This document shows positions 47,112-57,908 of a stretch of DNA of 64,000 bases, piece by piece (position 1 is the first letter of the stretch; every line of letters begins with the position of its first letter). The notes beneath the pieces were generated by a model. The model saw only the letters and a program-made list of their open reading frames with translations. It did not search any database and was not told where the DNA came from. The stretch lies in the sequence record OP870145.1. One strand, 5' to 3'. This stretch comes from Escherichia phage vB_Eco_F26. The position numbers were made by a program, and so were the translations under genes.

Positions 47112-48867
47112 TAACCTCAACTGGTTTGTTGGTGTTGTTGAAGATAGAATGGACCCATTAAAATTAGGTCGTGTTCGTGTTCGTGTGGTTGGTCTGCATC
47201 CACCTCAAAGAGCGCAAGGCGACGTAATGGGTATTCCAACTGAAAAATTACCATGGATGTCAGTTATTCAACCTATAACTTCTGCAGCAATGTCTGGAAT
47301 TGGAGGTTCTGTTACTGGACCGGTAGAAGGAACTAGAGTTTATGGTCATTTTTTGGACAAATGGAAAACTAACGGAATTGTCCTTGGCACGTATGGCGGA
47401 ATAGTTCGCGAAAAACCGAATAGACTTGAAGGATTTTCTGACCCAACTGGGCAATATCCTAGACGTTTAGGAAATGATACTAACGTACTAAACCAAGGCG
47501 GAGAAGTAGGATATGATTCGTCTTCTAATATTATCCAAGATAGTAACTTAGACACCGCAATAAATCCCGATGATAGACCGTTATCAGAAATTCCAACCGA
47601 TGATAATCCAAATATGTCAATGGCTGAAATGCTTCGCCGTGATGAAGGATTAAGACTAAAAGTTTATTGGGATACCGAAGGATATCCGACAATTGGTATT
47701 GGTCATCTTATCATGAAGCAGCCAGTTCGTGATATGGCTCAAATTAATAAAGTTTTATCGAAACAAGTTGGTCGTGAAATTACAGGAAATCCAGGTTCTA
47801 TTACAATGGAAGAGGCGACGACTTTATTTGAGCGTGATTTGGCTGATATGCAACGTGACATTAAATCACATTCTAAAGTAGGACCAGTCTGGCAAGCTGT
47901 CAACCGTTCTCGCCAAATGGCATTAGAAAATATGGCATTTCAGATGGGTGTTGGCGGTGTAGCTAAATTTAACACAATGTTAACTGCTATGTTAGCAGGA
48001 GATTGGGAAAAAGCATATAAAGCCGGTCGTGATTCATTGTGGTATCAACAGACAAAAGGCCGTGCATCCCGTGTTACTATGATTATTCTTACGGGAAATT
48101 TGGAATCATATGGTGTTGAAGTGAAAACCCCAGCTAGGTCTCTATCAGCAATGGCTGCTACTGTAGCTAAATCTTCTGACCCTGCTGATCCTCCTATTCC
48201 AAATGACTCGAGAATTTTATTCAAAGAACCAGTTTCTTCATATAAAGGCGAATATCCTTATGTGCATACAATGGAAACTGAAAGCGGACATATTCAGGAA
48301 TTTGATGATACCCCTGGGCAAGAACGATACAGATTAGTTCATCCGACTGGAACATATGAGGAAGTATCACCGTCAGGAAGAAGAACAAGAAAAACTGTTG
48401 ATAATTTGTATGATATAACAAATGCTGATGGTAATTTTTTGGTAGCCGGTGATAAAAAGACTAACGTCGGTGGATCAGAAATTTATTACAACATGGACAA
48501 TCGTCTTCACCAAATAGATGGAAGCAATACAATATTTGTGCGCGGCGATGAAACTAAGACGGTTGAAGGTAATGGAACTATCCTAGTTAAAGGTAATGTT
48601 AAAGTAGTTATTCAAGGAACAGCAGATATAACTGTTGAACAGGAAGCATACATAACTGTTGAAAAAGACACGACTGTTAATGTTAACCAAAACGCAGACA
48701 TAAGTGTTAAAAATAAAGCAACTGTTAATGCTGAAAATATGGATGTCAACGTTGAGCAAGATTTAAATTTTTCAGCGACAAATATTAATTTAAGTGCATC
48801 TAATACTGTTCATATGGATGGCGGGGTTCTTTCTAAAGTATCAGGTGGAAACGTACAGGTTGGTTAA
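47095..48867 (+). CDS. 5: Baseplate hub / cell-puncturing protein with lysozyme domain gp5
   Basis: 590 aa; MEMISNNLNWFVGVVED... OB-fold N-terminus, central T4-lysozyme-like domain (MAEMLRRDEGLRLKVYWDTEGYPTIGIGHL), C-terminal repeat-rich beta-helix. Confidence 0.93.
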   Translation: MEMISNNLNWFVGVVEDRMDPLKLGRVRVRVVGLHPPQRAQGDVMGIPTEKLPWMSVIQPITSAAMSGIGGSVTGPVEGTRVYGHFLDKWKTNGIVLGTYGGIVREKPNRLEGFSDPTGQYPRRLGNDTNVLNQGGEVGYDSSSNIIQDSNLDTAINPDDRPLSEIPTDDNPNMSMAEMLRRDEGLRLKVYWDTEGYPTIGIGHLIMKQPVRDMAQINKVLSKQVGREITGNPGSITMEEATTLFERDLADMQRDIKSHSKVGPVWQAVNRSRQMALENMAFQMGVGGVAKFNTMLTAMLAGDWEKAYKAGRDSLWYQQTKGRASRVTMIILTGNLESYGVEVKTPARSLSAMAATVAKSSDPADPPIPNDSRILFKEPVSSYKGEYPYVHTMETESGHIQEFDDTPGQERYRLVHPTGTYEEVSPSGRRTRKTVDNLYDITNADGNFLVAGDKKTNVGGSEIYYNMDNRLHQIDGSNTIFVRGDETKTVEGNGTILVKGNVKVVIQGTADITVEQEAYITVEKDTTVNVNQNADISVKNKATVNAENMDVNVEQDLNFSATNINLSASNTVHMDGGVLSKVSGGNVQVG

Positions 48868-48868
48868 T

Positions 48869-50905
48869 ATGAATTATAACGAAATTGTTGATGAATTAGT
48901 TGATACCATACAATCAGCTTGTTCAATTATTCCCGAAGGTTATTATAGACGAGTTAAATGGGAATTATACAATCCCAATAAAGAAATGATTCAACCCGAT
49001 AATGGGGTTGAATGGGACACTGAAATTATTAAATTAGATACCCATCTTTACACTGAAAATCCATTTGGTCATTCTTCTGATACATTTACTGAATCATCTG
49101 ATGGAGAAACCCAAACTGGTGTTTTTTGTCATAAAATCGGCGTGTATTTTCCAACTCAAACTGCGTTAGAAGATTACGTTGAACAAATTGGTGCAACTTT
49201 ACTTCCGGGTAATACTTGGTATGGTGCTGATTTATCGAAACGTGAATTTTTTAAAACTGAAATTGAATATGATATGTATCGCATTGAAAATCGCGGAGGT
49301 ACATGGCATCATACGGGTCCTAGAATAGATGCTAGGACAATGATCGGTGTTAACAATGACTATACAATGTATGTTAACTTTAACGGTTTAGGAGATTATC
49401 GAAGAGCATATTTAAAATATTATGAAGATAAACCATGTACATATGTCGGTTTAACACTAAATTTAAATATAGATACATCAATTCCCGGTATTCCTTATTC
49501 ACCTCCATCAATTATTGGAGAGCTTCCACTTAATGCAATTTCATGCGTTAATTTTACTGCCCAATTTCCATACAATGGCTTAACATCTGCAATTATTGAG
49601 GCTTGGAACACCTCAAGAGATTCATTTAAACTATATTGGGATATGTTGCCTGGTATGCCGGCAATTAGCGGAAGTGATTTCGAAAAATATTTTAATTCGG
49701 CATATACACATTTATCTGTAGCAATGGAAGAGCTTGGAAATTCGGCAATTGCTATGTGTCAATATGTTCAGCAACAAGCCTTTATGGTTTTTAAAAATTC
49801 TGTTTCACAAGTTCTAAATATTGTCGGTGGCGGATGGGATTTATTAAAAAGTTTTTTACCTAAAATAACAATAATGGGCATATCTATTGATATTGAAGAT
49901 TTATGTACATCAACAGATGGTGTTCAAAAATTGAAGGAAACCTTTGAAAATTTTAATCTGGAAGATACTATTAGTTCAATTTATTCTGCAATGGGTTCTG
50001 CATATGACTATTCTATAGAACGCGTTAAAATGTATTCGCGGGATTTAGTTGATGCAATAACAGATTTATATGATTGGGCCTGGTCAAAATTAATGATGGC
50101 TGGTGTCGCTTTATCAAAATTATGTGTTGATTTAGCACAAATCTGGAGCATGCCACCAATTATTCCAAATCCAGTGTGGTCTGTTATCACTTTAGTGAAG
50201 GAAATGATGAAACAAATTCCTCCATTAGATATGATTATGTCAGGTAATTTTCCTGGATTTACTGCTTCTGATGTATATCAGATGGTTATGTCTATTGTAT
50301 CTGAAAAAATTAAACAAGTTTATACTGAAATAGAATCATTAAAAACCCAAGCATTGGATGTATGGAATGAAATTAAACTAAAAACACAGGAATATAAAAA
50401 GCAAACGATTGAATTTAAACAATATTTATCAGGAATGGCTGAAAAGGTTGAAGATGAAATAACTATAGCAAAAGAGAAAGCATTACAAGAAGCTGAATCC
50501 GCTTTAAATGTTTTAAAGGATAAATATAACAGTATTAAAGACTTAATAAAAAATAAGCAGATTTCTGTGTCTGATGTATTAGATTTAGCTTTGACTGAAT
50601 TTCGAAAAATTCCATTAATTTCACAAATGGAATCATTATTATCTTTAGCTGGAGCATCTATCGATGATATAATGAAAGTATATGAAAATAGCGTTACTAA
50701 AGCAAAATCATTATATCACGAATTCACCGATGGCGCTCGGTCAATGAAAGATCTATGCAAATCATTATACAATCAAATTTCGACTTTATGTTTGAGTAAG
50801 GTTGTGCAATGGATTAATAAAATGCTTGGAATATTTGGATTAAGTATTACATTTCCAACAGTATCAATATGCATTCCATGCTTAAAAACTCCTATGAGGA
50901 ATTAA
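48869..50905 (+). CDS. Large hypothetical protein between genes 5 and 6
   Basis: 678 aa from ATG 48869 (1 nt after gp5 stop); track ORF start at 48794 overlaps gp5 and is probably not used; coiled-coil-rich C-terminal third and hydrophobic C-terminus. Confidence 0.6.
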   Translation: MNYNEIVDELVDTIQSACSIIPEGYYRRVKWELYNPNKEMIQPDNGVEWDTEIIKLDTHLYTENPFGHSSDTFTESSDGETQTGVFCHKIGVYFPTQTALEDYVEQIGATLLPGNTWYGADLSKREFFKTEIEYDMYRIENRGGTWHHTGPRIDARTMIGVNNDYTMYVNFNGLGDYRRAYLKYYEDKPCTYVGLTLNLNIDTSIPGIPYSPPSIIGELPLNAISCVNFTAQFPYNGLTSAIIEAWNTSRDSFKLYWDMLPGMPAISGSDFEKYFNSAYTHLSVAMEELGNSAIAMCQYVQQQAFMVFKNSVSQVLNIVGGGWDLLKSFLPKITIMGISIDIEDLCTSTDGVQKLKETFENFNLEDTISSIYSAMGSAYDYSIERVKMYSRDLVDAITDLYDWAWSKLMMAGVALSKLCVDLAQIWSMPPIIPNPVWSVITLVKEMMKQIPPLDMIMSGNFPGFTASDVYQMVMSIVSEKIKQVYTEIESLKTQALDVWNEIKLKTQEYKKQTIEFKQYLSGMAEKVEDEITIAKEKALQEAESALNVLKDKYNSIKDLIKNKQISVSDVLDLALTEFRKIPLISQMESLLSLAGASIDDIMKVYENSVTKAKSLYHEFTDGARSMKDLCKSLYNQISTLCLSKVVQWINKMLGIFGLSITFPTVSICIPCLKTPMRN

Positions 50906-50906
50906 A

Positions 50907-52886
50907 ATGACAACCCCTGTAAATTATCAATTAACAAGAACAGCAAATGCTATTCCCGAGATATTCGTCGGGGGTACGTTTGCTGAAATAAAACAAAACC
51001 TCATTGAATGGCTTAATGGCCAAAATGAATTTTTGGATTATGATTTTGAAGGCTCAAGATTAAACGTTCTGTGTGACCTTTTGGCTTATAATACGCTGTA
51101 CATTCAACAGTTTGGTAATGCTGCTGTGTATGAAAGCTTTATGCGTACTGCTAACTTACGAAGTTCAGTTGTTCAAGCTGCACAAGATAACGGATATTTA
51201 CCTACTTCAAAATCCGCTGCGCAGACCGAAATTATGTTAACATGCACCGACGCATTGAATAGGAATTACATTACTATTCCTCGCGGAACTCGCTTTTTAG
51301 CATATGCAAAAGATACTTCTGTTAATCCATATAACTTCGTTTCTACCGAAGACGTTATTGCCATTCGTGATAAAAATAACCAATATTTTCCACGTTTAAA
51401 ATTGGCCCAGGGACGTATAGTAAGAACTGAAATCATTTATGATAAATTAACACCTATTATCATTTATGATAAAAATATTGATAGAAACCAGGTTAAATTA
51501 TATGTTGATGGAGCGGAATGGATTAACTGGACGAGAAAGTCAATGGTTCATGCTGGTTCAACATCAACGATTTATTATATGCGTGAAACTATTGATGGAA
51601 ACACTGAATTCTATTTTGGTGAAGGTGAAATTTCTGTTAATGCTTCTGAAGGAGCTTTGACCGCTAATTATATCGGAGGTCTTAAACCTACTCAGAACTC
51701 TACGATTGTTATTGAGTACATCAGTACTAATGGTGCTGACGCGAACGGAGCAGTCGGATTTTCATACGCAGATACATTAACAAATATAACTGTCATCAAT
51801 ATTAATGAAAATCCAAACGATGACCCAGATTTTGTTGGTGCAGATGGCGGCGGTGATCCAGAAGATATTGAGCGTATTCGCGAATTGGGTACTATTAAAC
51901 GCGAAACCCAGCAACGCTGCGTAACTGCAACTGACTATGATACATTCGTTTCAGAAAGATTTGGTTCTATTATTCAAGCAGTTCAGACTTTCACTGATTC
52001 TACTAAACCTGGTTATGCATTTATTGCTGCTAAACCTAAATCAGGTCTGTATTTAACTACTGTACAGCGCGAAGATATTAAAAATTATCTCAAAGACTAT
52101 AATTTAGCTCCTATTACGCCATCAATTATTTCTCCTAATTATCTTTTTATTAAGACTAATTTAAAAGTCACATATGCTTTAAATAAACTGCAAGAATCCG
52201 AACAGTGGCTCGAAGGTCAAATAATTGATAAAATTGATCGTTATTATACCGAAGATGTAGAAATTTTTAACTCGTCTTTCGCTAAATCTAAGATGTTAAC
52301 TTATGTAGATGATGCAGATCATTCTATCATTGGTTCATCAGCGACAATTCAAATTGTTCGTGAAGTACAAAACTTCTATAAAACGCCTGAAGCAGGTATT
52401 AAATACAATAATCAAATAAAAGATCGTTCTATGGAATCTAATACGTTTTCATTTAATTCTGGACGAAAGGTTGTAAATCCTGATACTGGTTTAGAAGAAG
52501 ATGTATTATATGACGTTCGCATAGTATCAACAGACCGAGATTCTAAAGGAATTGGTAAAGTTATTATTGGTCCATTTGCTTCTGGCGATGTTACAGAAAA
52601 TGAAAACATTCAGCCGTATACAGGCAATGATTTTAATAAATTAGCAAATTCTGATGGACGTGACAAATATTATATTATCGGTGAAATAAATTATCCAGCT
52701 GACATGATTTATTGGAATATCGCTAAAATTAATTTAACATCTGAAAAATTTGAAGTTCAGACCATTGAATTATATTCTGACCCAACCGATGATGTTATCT
52801 TTACTCGCGATGGTTCACTGATTGTATTTGAAAATGACTTACGTCCACAATACTTAACTATCGATTTGGAGCCTATATCACAATGA
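50907..52886 (+). CDS. 6: Baseplate wedge protein gp6
   Basis: 659 aa (T4 gp6 ~660); synteny. Confidence 0.9.
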   Translation: MTTPVNYQLTRTANAIPEIFVGGTFAEIKQNLIEWLNGQNEFLDYDFEGSRLNVLCDLLAYNTLYIQQFGNAAVYESFMRTANLRSSVVQAAQDNGYLPTSKSAAQTEIMLTCTDALNRNYITIPRGTRFLAYAKDTSVNPYNFVSTEDVIAIRDKNNQYFPRLKLAQGRIVRTEIIYDKLTPIIIYDKNIDRNQVKLYVDGAEWINWTRKSMVHAGSTSTIYYMRETIDGNTEFYFGEGEISVNASEGALTANYIGGLKPTQNSTIVIEYISTNGADANGAVGFSYADTLTNITVININENPNDDPDFVGADGGGDPEDIERIRELGTIKRETQQRCVTATDYDTFVSERFGSIIQAVQTFTDSTKPGYAFIAAKPKSGLYLTTVQREDIKNYLKDYNLAPITPSIISPNYLFIKTNLKVTYALNKLQESEQWLEGQIIDKIDRYYTEDVEIFNSSFAKSKMLTYVDDADHSIIGSSATIQIVREVQNFYKTPEAGIKYNNQIKDRSMESNTFSFNSGRKVVNPDTGLEEDVLYDVRIVSTDRDSKGIGKVIIGPFASGDVTENENIQPYTGNDFNKLANSDGRDKYYIIGEINYPADMIYWNIAKINLTSEKFEVQTIELYSDPTDDVIFTRDGSLIVFENDLRPQYLTIDLEPISQ

Positions 52887-55800
52887 CAGTAAAAGCACCT
52901 TCAGTCACTAGTCTCAGAATTTCCAAGTTATCCGCAAATCAGGTGCAAGTACGCTGGGATGACGTTGGTGCTAATTTCTACTATTTTGTAGAAATCGCTG
53001 AGACAAAAACAAACTCGGGGGAAAAACTCCCGAGTGATCAATATCGTTGGATTAATTTAGGATATACAGCAAATAATAGTTTCTTTTTTGATGATGCTGA
53101 TCCATTAACAACATACATTATTAGAGTAGCTACGGCGGCGCAAGATTTTGAGCAGTCTGATTGGATTTATACCGAAGAGTTTGAAACTTTTGCTACAAAT
53201 GCTTATACATTTCAAAACATGATTGAAATGCAATTAGCTAATAAATTCATTCAGGAAAAATTTACTCTTAATAATTCTGATTATGTTAATTTTAATAATG
53301 ACACTATAATGGCTGCATTGATGAATGAATCATTTCAATTCAGCCCATCATATGTTGATGTTTCATCAATCAGTAATTTTATTATTGGTGAAAATGAGTA
53401 TCATGAAATACAAGGTTCTATTCAGCAAGTATGTAAGGATATTAACCGAGTTTATTTGATGGAATCAGAAGGGATTCTATATCTTTTTGAGCGTTATCAA
53501 CCTGTAGTTAAAGTATCTAATGATAAAGGACAAACCTGGAAAGCTGTAAAGCTCTTCAATGACCGCGTAGGATATCCTTTATCTAAGACTGTATATTACC
53601 AATCTGCAAACACAACATACGTTCTAGGATACGACAAGGTCTTCTATGGCCGTAAATCGACTGACGTTAGATGGTCAGCCGATGATGTCAGATTTAGTTC
53701 TCAGGATATAACATTTGCTAAATTAGGAGACCAACTTCATTTAGGATTCGATGTTGAAATCTTCGCTACTTATGCTACTTTACCAGCGAATGTATACCGT
53801 ATAGCTGAGGCTATTACTTGCACGGATGATTATATCTATGTTGTTGCCAGAGATAAAGTTAGATACATAAAAACGAGTAATGCACCTATAGATTCTGACC
53901 CATTATCTCCAACATATTCGGAAAGACTTTTTGAACCTGACACAATGACTATAACCGGAAATCCTAAAGCAGTATGCTATAAAATGGATTCTGTTGGTGA
54001 TAAAGTTTTTGCTCTTATTATTGGTGAAGTTGAAACATTAAATGCCAATCCGAGAACTTCAAAAATAATTGATTCCTCTGATAAAGGAATATATGTTTTA
54101 AATCATGACACAAAAACGTGGAAAAGAGTTTTTGGTAATACCGAAGAAGAAAGAAGACGTATTCAACCCGGATATGCGAATATGTCAACTGATGGTAAAT
54201 TAGTTTCTCTGTCTTCGAGTAATTTTAAATTTTTAAGCGATAATGTTGTTAATGACCCTGAAACTGTGGTGAAATATCAGTTAATCGGTGCTGTTAAATA
54301 TGAATTTCCTCGTGAATGGTTAGCTGATAAGCATTATCATATGATGGCATTTATAGCGGATGAAAAATCTGATTGGGAGACTTTTACTCCTCAACCAATG
54401 AAATACTACGCAGAACCATTCTTTAACTGGTCTAAAAAATCTAACACACGTTGTTGGATAAACAACTCCGATAGGGTTGTAGTAGTTTATGCTGATTTAA
54501 AATACACCAAAGTTATAGAAAATATTCCGGAAACATCACCAGATAGATTAGTTCATGAATACTGGGATGATGGTGATTGCACTATAGTAATGCCAAATGT
54601 TAAATTCACTGGATTTAAAAAATACGCATCAGGAATGCTTTTCTACAAAGCCTCCGGTGAAATAATTTCTTACTATGATTTTAACTATCGTGTGAGAGAT
54701 ACAGTAGAAATTATTTGGAAACCTACTGAAGTATTTTTGAAAGCATTTTTACAAAACCAAGAGCATGAGACTCCTTGGTCACCAGAAGAAGAGCGTGGAC
54801 TAGCTGACCCCGATTTAAGACCATTAATTGGCACAATGATGCCTGATTCTTATTTGCTACAGGATTCGAATTTTGAAGCATTTTGCGAAGCATATATTCA
54901 GTATCTTTCTGATGGATATGGAACTCAATACAATAATTTACGAAATTTAATTCGTAACAAATATCCACGAGAAGAGCATGCATGGGAATATTTGTGGTCA
55001 GAGATATATAAAAGAAACATTTATTTAAATGCTGATAAACGCGATGCTGTTGCGAGATTCTTTGAATCACGTAGCTACGATTTTTATTCTACTAAAGGAA
55101 TTGAAGCATCATACAAGTTTCTTTTTAAAGTTCTTTATAATGAAGAAGTTGAAATTGAAATTGAATCTGGGGCTGGTACTGAATATGATATAATCGTTCA
55201 ATCTGATTCTTTGACTGAAGATTTAGTAGGACAAACGATTTATACAGCTACAGGAAGATGTAATGTTACTTATATAGAAAGAAGCTATTCTAATGGTAAA
55301 TTGCAATGGACCGTAACTATTCATAATCTTTTGGGACGATTAATTGCTGGTCAAGAAGTTAAAGCAGAAAGACTCCCTAGTTTTGAAGGCGAAATTATTC
55401 GTGGCGTTAAAGGAAAGGATTTGCTTCAAAACAATATAGACTATATTAATAGAAGTAGATCATACTATGTAATGAAAATTAAATCCAATTTACCTTCTTC
55501 CCGCTGGAAATCTGACGTTATTCGTTTTGTTCATCCAGTAGGATTTGGATTTATAGCAATTACCCTTTTAACAATGTTTATTAATGTTGGTTTAACTCTT
55601 AAACATACAGAGACTATAATTAATAAATACAAAAACTATAAATGGGATTCTGGATTGCCTACTGAATACGCTGGTAGAGTAGCTAAATTAACTCCAGCTG
55701 GTGAAATTGAACATGATCCAGTAACAGGCGAAGCAATTTATGAACCTGGTCCAAAGGCTGGTGTAAAATATCCTCTTCCTGATGACTATAATGCTGAAAA

Positions 55801-55981
55801 TAATAATTCAATATTTCAAGGTCAATTGCCGTCTGAACGACGTAAATTAATGAGTCCTTTATTTGATGCATCTGGAACAACATTTGCGCAATTTAGGGAT
55901 TTAGTTAATAAACGTCTAAAAGATAATATAGGAAATCCAAGAGACCCTGAAAATCCAACACAGGTTAAAATAGATGAATGA
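52883..55981 (+). CDS. 7: Baseplate wedge initiator gp7
   Basis: 1032 aa, same length as T4 gp7; synteny. Confidence 0.9.
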   Translation: MTVKAPSVTSLRISKLSANQVQVRWDDVGANFYYFVEIAETKTNSGEKLPSDQYRWINLGYTANNSFFFDDADPLTTYIIRVATAAQDFEQSDWIYTEEFETFATNAYTFQNMIEMQLANKFIQEKFTLNNSDYVNFNNDTIMAALMNESFQFSPSYVDVSSISNFIIGENEYHEIQGSIQQVCKDINRVYLMESEGILYLFERYQPVVKVSNDKGQTWKAVKLFNDRVGYPLSKTVYYQSANTTYVLGYDKVFYGRKSTDVRWSADDVRFSSQDITFAKLGDQLHLGFDVEIFATYATLPANVYRIAEAITCTDDYIYVVARDKVRYIKTSNAPIDSDPLSPTYSERLFEPDTMTITGNPKAVCYKMDSVGDKVFALIIGEVETLNANPRTSKIIDSSDKGIYVLNHDTKTWKRVFGNTEEERRRIQPGYANMSTDGKLVSLSSSNFKFLSDNVVNDPETVVKYQLIGAVKYEFPREWLADKHYHMMAFIADEKSDWETFTPQPMKYYAEPFFNWSKKSNTRCWINNSDRVVVVYADLKYTKVIENIPETSPDRLVHEYWDDGDCTIVMPNVKFTGFKKYASGMLFYKASGEIISYYDFNYRVRDTVEIIWKPTEVFLKAFLQNQEHETPWSPEEERGLADPDLRPLIGTMMPDSYLLQDSNFEAFCEAYIQYLSDGYGTQYNNLRNLIRNKYPREEHAWEYLWSEIYKRNIYLNADKRDAVARFFESRSYDFYSTKGIEASYKFLFKVLYNEEVEIEIESGAGTEYDIIVQSDSLTEDLVGQTIYTATGRCNVTYIERSYSNGKLQWTVTIHNLLGRLIAGQEVKAERLPSFEGEIIRGVKGKDLLQNNIDYINRSRSYYVMKIKSNLPSSRWKSDVIRFVHPVGFGFIAITLLTMFINVGLTLKHTETIINKYKNYKWDSGLPTEYAGRVAKLTPAGEIEHDPVTGEAIYEPGPKAGVKYPLPDDYNAENNNSIFQGQLPSERRKLMSPLFDASGTTFAQFRDLVNKRLKDNIGNPRDPENPTQVKIDE

Positions 55982-56978
55982 TTCAAGTGTTATCTATCGT
56001 GCGATAGTTACTTCAAAATTTAGAACAGAAAAAATGTTGAATTTTTATAATTCAATTGGAAGTGGTCCGGATAAAAACACTATCTTTATCACATTTGGAA
56101 GATCAGAACCGTGGTCATCAAATGAAAATGAGGTGGGCTTTGCCCCACCTTATCCAACCGATTCTGTATTAGGCGTAACTGACATGTGGACGCATATGAT
56201 GGGAACAGTAAAAGTTCTTCCATCAATGCTTGATGCAGTTATTCCTCGTAGAGATTGGGGAGATACTCGATATCCTGATCCATACACATTTAGAATTAAT
56301 GACATTGTAGTGTGTAACTCAGCTCCTTACAACGCTACTGAATCCGGCGCAGGCTGGTTAGTATATCGTTGTTTAGACGTTCCTGATACTGGAATGTGCT
56401 CAATAGCATCTTTAACTGATAAGGATGAATGCCTTAAATTAGGCGGAAAATGGACACCTTCTGTTAGATCAATGACTCCTCCTGAAGGTCGAGGAGATGC
56501 TGAAGGAACAATTGAACCCGGAGACGGGTATGTGTGGGAATATCTATTTGAGATTCCGCCTGATGTATCTATAAATAGATGCACAAATGAATATATCGTA
56601 GTTCCTTGGCCAGAGGAATTAAAAGAAGACCCGACTAGATGGGGATATGAAGATAATCTCACTTGGCAACAAGATGATTTTGGATTAATTTATCGCGTTA
56701 AGGCAAATACTATCCGGTTTAAAGCATATTTAGATTCAGTTTATTTTCCTGAAGCTGCATTGCCGGGAAATAAAGGATTTAGACAAATATCAATAATCAC
56801 GAATCCTCTTGAAGCTAAAGCTAATCCAAATGACCCAAACGTTAAAGCTGAAAAGGATTATTATGATCCGGAAGATTTAATGAGACATTCGGGCGAAATG
56901 ATTTATATGGAAAATAGGCCACCTATTATCATGGCAATGGATCAAACAGAAGAAATCAATATTCTGTTTACATTTTAA
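55974..56978 (+). CDS. 8: Baseplate wedge protein gp8
   Basis: 334 aa, same length as T4 gp8. Confidence 0.9.
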   Translation: MNDSSVIYRAIVTSKFRTEKMLNFYNSIGSGPDKNTIFITFGRSEPWSSNENEVGFAPPYPTDSVLGVTDMWTHMMGTVKVLPSMLDAVIPRRDWGDTRYPDPYTFRINDIVVCNSAPYNATESGAGWLVYRCLDVPDTGMCSIASLTDKDECLKLGGKWTPSVRSMTPPEGRGDAEGTIEPGDGYVWEYLFEIPPDVSINRCTNEYIVVPWPEELKEDPTRWGYEDNLTWQQDDFGLIYRVKANTIRFKAYLDSVYFPEAALPGNKGFRQISIITNPLEAKANPNDPNVKAEKDYYDPEDLMRHSGEMIYMENRPPIIMAMDQTEEINILFTF

Positions 56979-56984
56979 CTTAAG

Positions 56985-57002
56985 GGAGCCCATGGGCTCC
57001 CT
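56985..57002 (+). terminator. Stem-loop GGGAGCCCATGGGCTCCC followed by TTTTTCTTT
   Basis: Perfect hairpin plus T-run directly after the gene 8 stop. Confidence 0.6.
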
Positions 57003-57009
57003 TTTTCTT

Positions 57010-57017
57010 TATAAATA
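57010..57017 (+). promoter_or_regulatory. Late promoter TATAAATA upstream of gene 9
   Basis: Exact TATAAATA ~25 nt upstream of the gp9 ATG. Confidence 0.65.
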
Positions 57018-57041
57018 CTATAAACTCATAAGGAAACCGCT

Positions 57042-57908
57042 ATGTTCATTCAAGAACCAAAGAAATTGATTGATACCGGCGAAATTGGTAACGCTTCTAC
57101 TGGTGATATCTTATTCGACGGTGGTAATAAAATTAATAGTGATTTTAACGCAATTTATAATGCGTTTGGCGATCAACGTAAAATGGCAGTAGCAAATGGC
57201 ACTGGAGCAGATGGTCAAATTATCCATGCTACTGGATATTATCAAAAACACTCTATTATAGAGTACGCAACTCCAGTAAAAGTTGGCACTAGACATGATA
57301 TTGATACCTCTACTGTAGGTGTTAAAGTTATCATTGAAAGAGGCGAACTCGGCGATTGTGTTGAATTCATTAACTCTAATGGATCAATATCAGTTACTAA
57401 TCCTTTGACAATTCAAGCTATTGATTCAATTAAAGGTGTTTCAGGTAATTTAGTAGTAACTAGCCCATATAGTAAAGTAACTTTACGCTGTATTTCATCT
57501 GATAATTCTACTTCGGTTTGGAATTATTCTATTGAAAGTATGTTTGGACAAAAGGAATCACCAGCTGAAGGTACATGGAATATTTCTACATCTGGATCAG
57601 TTGACATTCCATTATTTCATCGCACTGAATACAATATGGCTAAATTGCTCGTTACGTGCCAATCGGTAGATGGAAGAAAAATTAAAACAGCAGAAATAAA
57701 TATTCTTGTGGATACTGTTAATTCAGAGGTAATTTCTTCTGAATATGCTGTCATGCGAGTTGGGAATGAAACCGAAGAAGACGAAATCGCTAATATTGCA
57801 TTTAGTATTAAAGAAAATTATGTAACGGCGACTATAAGTTCTTCAACTGTCGGTATGAGAGCAGCAGTTAAAGTTATCGCTACGCAGAAAATCGGGGTGG
57901 CTCAATAA
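57042..57908 (+). CDS. 9: Baseplate wedge / long-tail-fibre socket protein gp9
   Basis: 288 aa, same length as T4 gp9. Confidence 0.9.
   Translation: MFIQEPKKLIDTGEIGNASTGDILFDGGNKINSDFNAIYNAFGDQRKMAVANGTGADGQIIHATGYYQKHSIIEYATPVKVGTRHDIDTSTVGVKVIIERGELGDCVEFINSNGSISVTNPLTIQAIDSIKGVSGNLVVTSPYSKVTLRCISSDNSTSVWNYSIESMFGQKESPAEGTWNISTSGSVDIPLFHRTEYNMAKLLVTCQSVDGRKIKTAEINILVDTVNSEVISSEYAVMRVGNETEEDEIANIAFSIKENYVTATISSSTVGMRAAVKVIATQKIGVAQ

Noticed and set aside
48794-48868. N-terminal extension of the 703-aa track ORF
   Set aside because: It overlaps the gp5 C-terminus in another frame; an ATG 1 nt after the gp5 stop is the more plausible start.
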